Program-made: the position numbers and the translations under genes | NCBI RefSeq assembly: GCF_001194135.2 | Contig: NC_068996.1 | Location: 45,679,516 to 45,743,515 of the forward strand | Length of the DNA: 64,000 nt | Origin: Octopus bimaculoides | Lineage: Eukaryota | Direction: 5' to 3' | Notes under the pieces: model-generated | The model's database searches: none | What the model saw: the letters and a program-made list of their open reading frames with translations, nothing else | What the model was told of the DNA's origin: nothing | Shown: in pieces, positions 62,045 to 64,000 of the stretch | How positions within the stretch are numbered: position 1 is the stretch's first letter | Layout of the letters: every line of letters starts with the position of its first letter

Positions 62045-62148
62045 GGCAGCAGTATGTTCAACACACTTGGTTCAATGGTACAAGGGGTTCTGAGATATTA
62101 GTGTTTCGACATGAACCCTTATCTTTGAGCTTAAACAAGACACCGACT
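61278..62148 (+). repeat. Imperfect local two-block duplication A-B-A'-B'
   Basis: Block A (AATTTCAGTGAACAAATTG...GTACAGC) at about 61278-61370 and 61639-61737. Block B ((CT)n..GCAGTATGTTCAACAC...AAACAAGACACCGACT) at about 61465-61630 and 61997-62148. Confidence 0.85.
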
Positions 62149-62367
62149 GCAAACATACTTGCTAGGTCTCCTGTTTAAAGATGCTTCCCCCACCCTATCT
62201 CCCTCTTGCTAGTATCGTAAACTATAATTAGACATGGATACTACCTTCCCACGTGATGGAATTATGGAATTTTCAAACATTTAAATATGCTGCTCCATTT
62301 ACCGTTTACTTATTACAAAGATGTTGAGCCAAATTCCCTCACGAATTAACTAATTGATGTTACACAT

Positions 62368-62527
62368 CTTACTTGTTTCAGTCATTAGACTACGGCCATA
62401 CTGGGGCACCGCCTTGAAGAGTTTTTAGTCGAATGCATCGAGCTCAGCACTTTTTGTTTTCTAAGCCTGGTACTTCTTATTCTATCGGTCTCTTAGTCGA
62501 GCCGCTAGGTTACGGAGACGTAAACAA
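62368..62527 (-). mobile_element. SINE family A 3' fragment
   Basis: TTACTTGTTTCAGTCATTAGACTACGGCC...ATTCTATCGGTCTC...CCGCTAGGTTACGG. Confidence 0.8.
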
Positions 62528-62693
62528 ACAAATATTCAATGAAATGTAGTTAGTCCTATTCTGGATGAAAAATATTCGTACGATTAATATTAAACCTCCA
62601 TTTTCATAACACGTTATGCAGAAATGAGATGCACACAATTTTTTTCCAGGAATGGGACTGTGTGTGTGTGTGTGTGTGCGTGTGCGTGTGCGT

Positions 62694-62726
<33 letters not shown>

Positions 62727-63475
62727 AGCACGTGAATGAGTATGTGTCATCTAACGTCATTCTGCCGCGCCTATTTTGATTGCAAGAACCTGTTTTGTGG
62801 GCTGTTTTTTAAAAACTTACTTCGACATTTTTAAATACATTTCAATACAGTATTTATTGTGAAAGTGTATATATTGTGTCTTTATACGCATATGTATGGC
62901 TTACGTATAAAGCGTGTGTATAAGGTGTGTAAAGTGTATTGTCTAAATCGTATTCTGTACGTGTGTATGGGTGTGTATGTATTACATATATAGTGCGTGT
63001 GTGTGTATTGTATATTATATAGTGTGAATGTATATATGAAATGTATCCGCCTACCTGTTTCTAGAACACCTGGTCTCTCTGTCTCTCTCCTTGCCGTATC
63101 TCTAATGCGCACACGCACACACAACCTACAACCTATGTAATGCGGGCGAATATAATCTCTATTCTTGATTTTAGCAATGTTGTAAGAAAGAGAAACGAGC
63201 GTTAACAACCCTTCACAACACCTTTTACTCGCGGTAATAATTATCATCTAGTGAACGTTAATTCTGACTAGGGAAAAGAAATGTCTTACAGTATACTCGA
63301 GATAAGTAAAATAATTTTTGAATGAATTCGCAATGAATGATAATTTAACACTCAGTCTTGTGTACAACAGACAGGCAGACAGAAGGAAATATTCTCAGAC
63401 TTGATATCCACGAAGATTTATCAGCTGTTGTTAACGATAGCATATGTGGCAGTAGTGTCTGTGTACACCGGGCAG

Positions 63476-63526
<51 letters not shown>

Positions 63527-63569
63527 TTTGTATTATTATATATATGTACGTATGTATGTGTATGTATAT

Positions 63570-63962
63570 AAGCGCAGGAGTGGCTGTGTGGTAAACAGCT
63601 TGCTTGCCAACCACATGGTTCCGGGTTCAGTCCCACTGCGTGGCACCTTGGGCAAGTGTCTTGTACTGTAGTCTCAGGCCGACCAAAGCCTTGTGAATGG
63701 ATTTGGCAGAGGGAAACTGAAAGAAGCCCGTCGTACATATATATATATGTTTGTGTGTCTGTGTTTGTTCCCCCCTCTCACGCCCAACATAACTTGACAA
63801 ACGATGCTGGTGCGTTTACGTCCCCGTAACTTAGCGGTTCATCAAAAGAGACCGATAGAATAAGTACTAGGTTTACAAAGAATAAATCCTGGGTTCGATT
63901 TGCTCGACTAAAGGCAGTGCTCCAGCATGGCCACAGTCAAATGACTGAAAGAAATGAAAAAA
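63570..63962 (+). mobile_element. SINE family A, full length, preceded by (AT)n at about 63479-63523
   Basis: GCGCAGGAGTGGCTGTGTGG...CAGTCAAATGACTGAAAG. Confidence 0.92.
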
Positions 63963-64000
63963 TATATATACATACACGCACACACATCCTGGCACTCCGT

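Noticed and set aside
4721-63614. ORFs rich in YIYIYI, HTHTHT, CVCVCV, SLSLSL or RERERE
   Set aside because: These are translations of (AT)n, (CA)n and (CT)n microsatellites.
764-63738. Recurring peptides such as HSQGFGRPEAIVEDTCPRCHAVGLNPEPCGW and RPRKDERQSRPRRNLNSER
   Set aside because: They are chance frames of SINE families A and B, not a repeated protein domain or gene family.

Overview
AT-rich, repeat-dense, gapped eukaryotic genomic DNA. About 4.3 kb is N, spread over 15 gaps. The repeat families match from memory those of octopod cephalopods (Octopus draft-assembly style); this assignment is recognition, not a database result. No protein-coding gene can be identified with confidence. 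The six-frame ORFs are explained by N-gaps, microsatellites or SINE sequence, or are short and unrecognisable, so the window reads as intronic or intergenic. Well-supported content is as follows. (1) About 20 copies of a tRNA-headed composite SINE, here 'family A'. (2) About 15 copies of a second SINE, 'family B', with three interchangeable 3' tails, mostly embedded in (TTA)n/(ATT)n. (3) Two copies of a third tRNA-headed SINE, 'family C'. (4) Non-autonomous DNA transposons with diagnostic ends: hAT (8-bp TSDs), mariner (TA) and piggyBac (TTAA). (5) Two decayed CR1/L2-like LINE ORF2 fragments. (6) Many microsatellites. The most interesting observations are a near-perfect RFX X-box overlapping a candidate ATG first exon (24.5 kb), a 129-bp microhomology-flanked copy of nearby DNA inside a SINE (57.2 to 60.4 kb), tail-swapping and TAA-targeting in family B, hairpins shared between SINE families, and inverted SINE clusters that could form dsRNA editing substrates. 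I did not find a convincing new biological system. SINE coordinates are approximate (about +/-10 nt). Family names A, B and C are my own labels.
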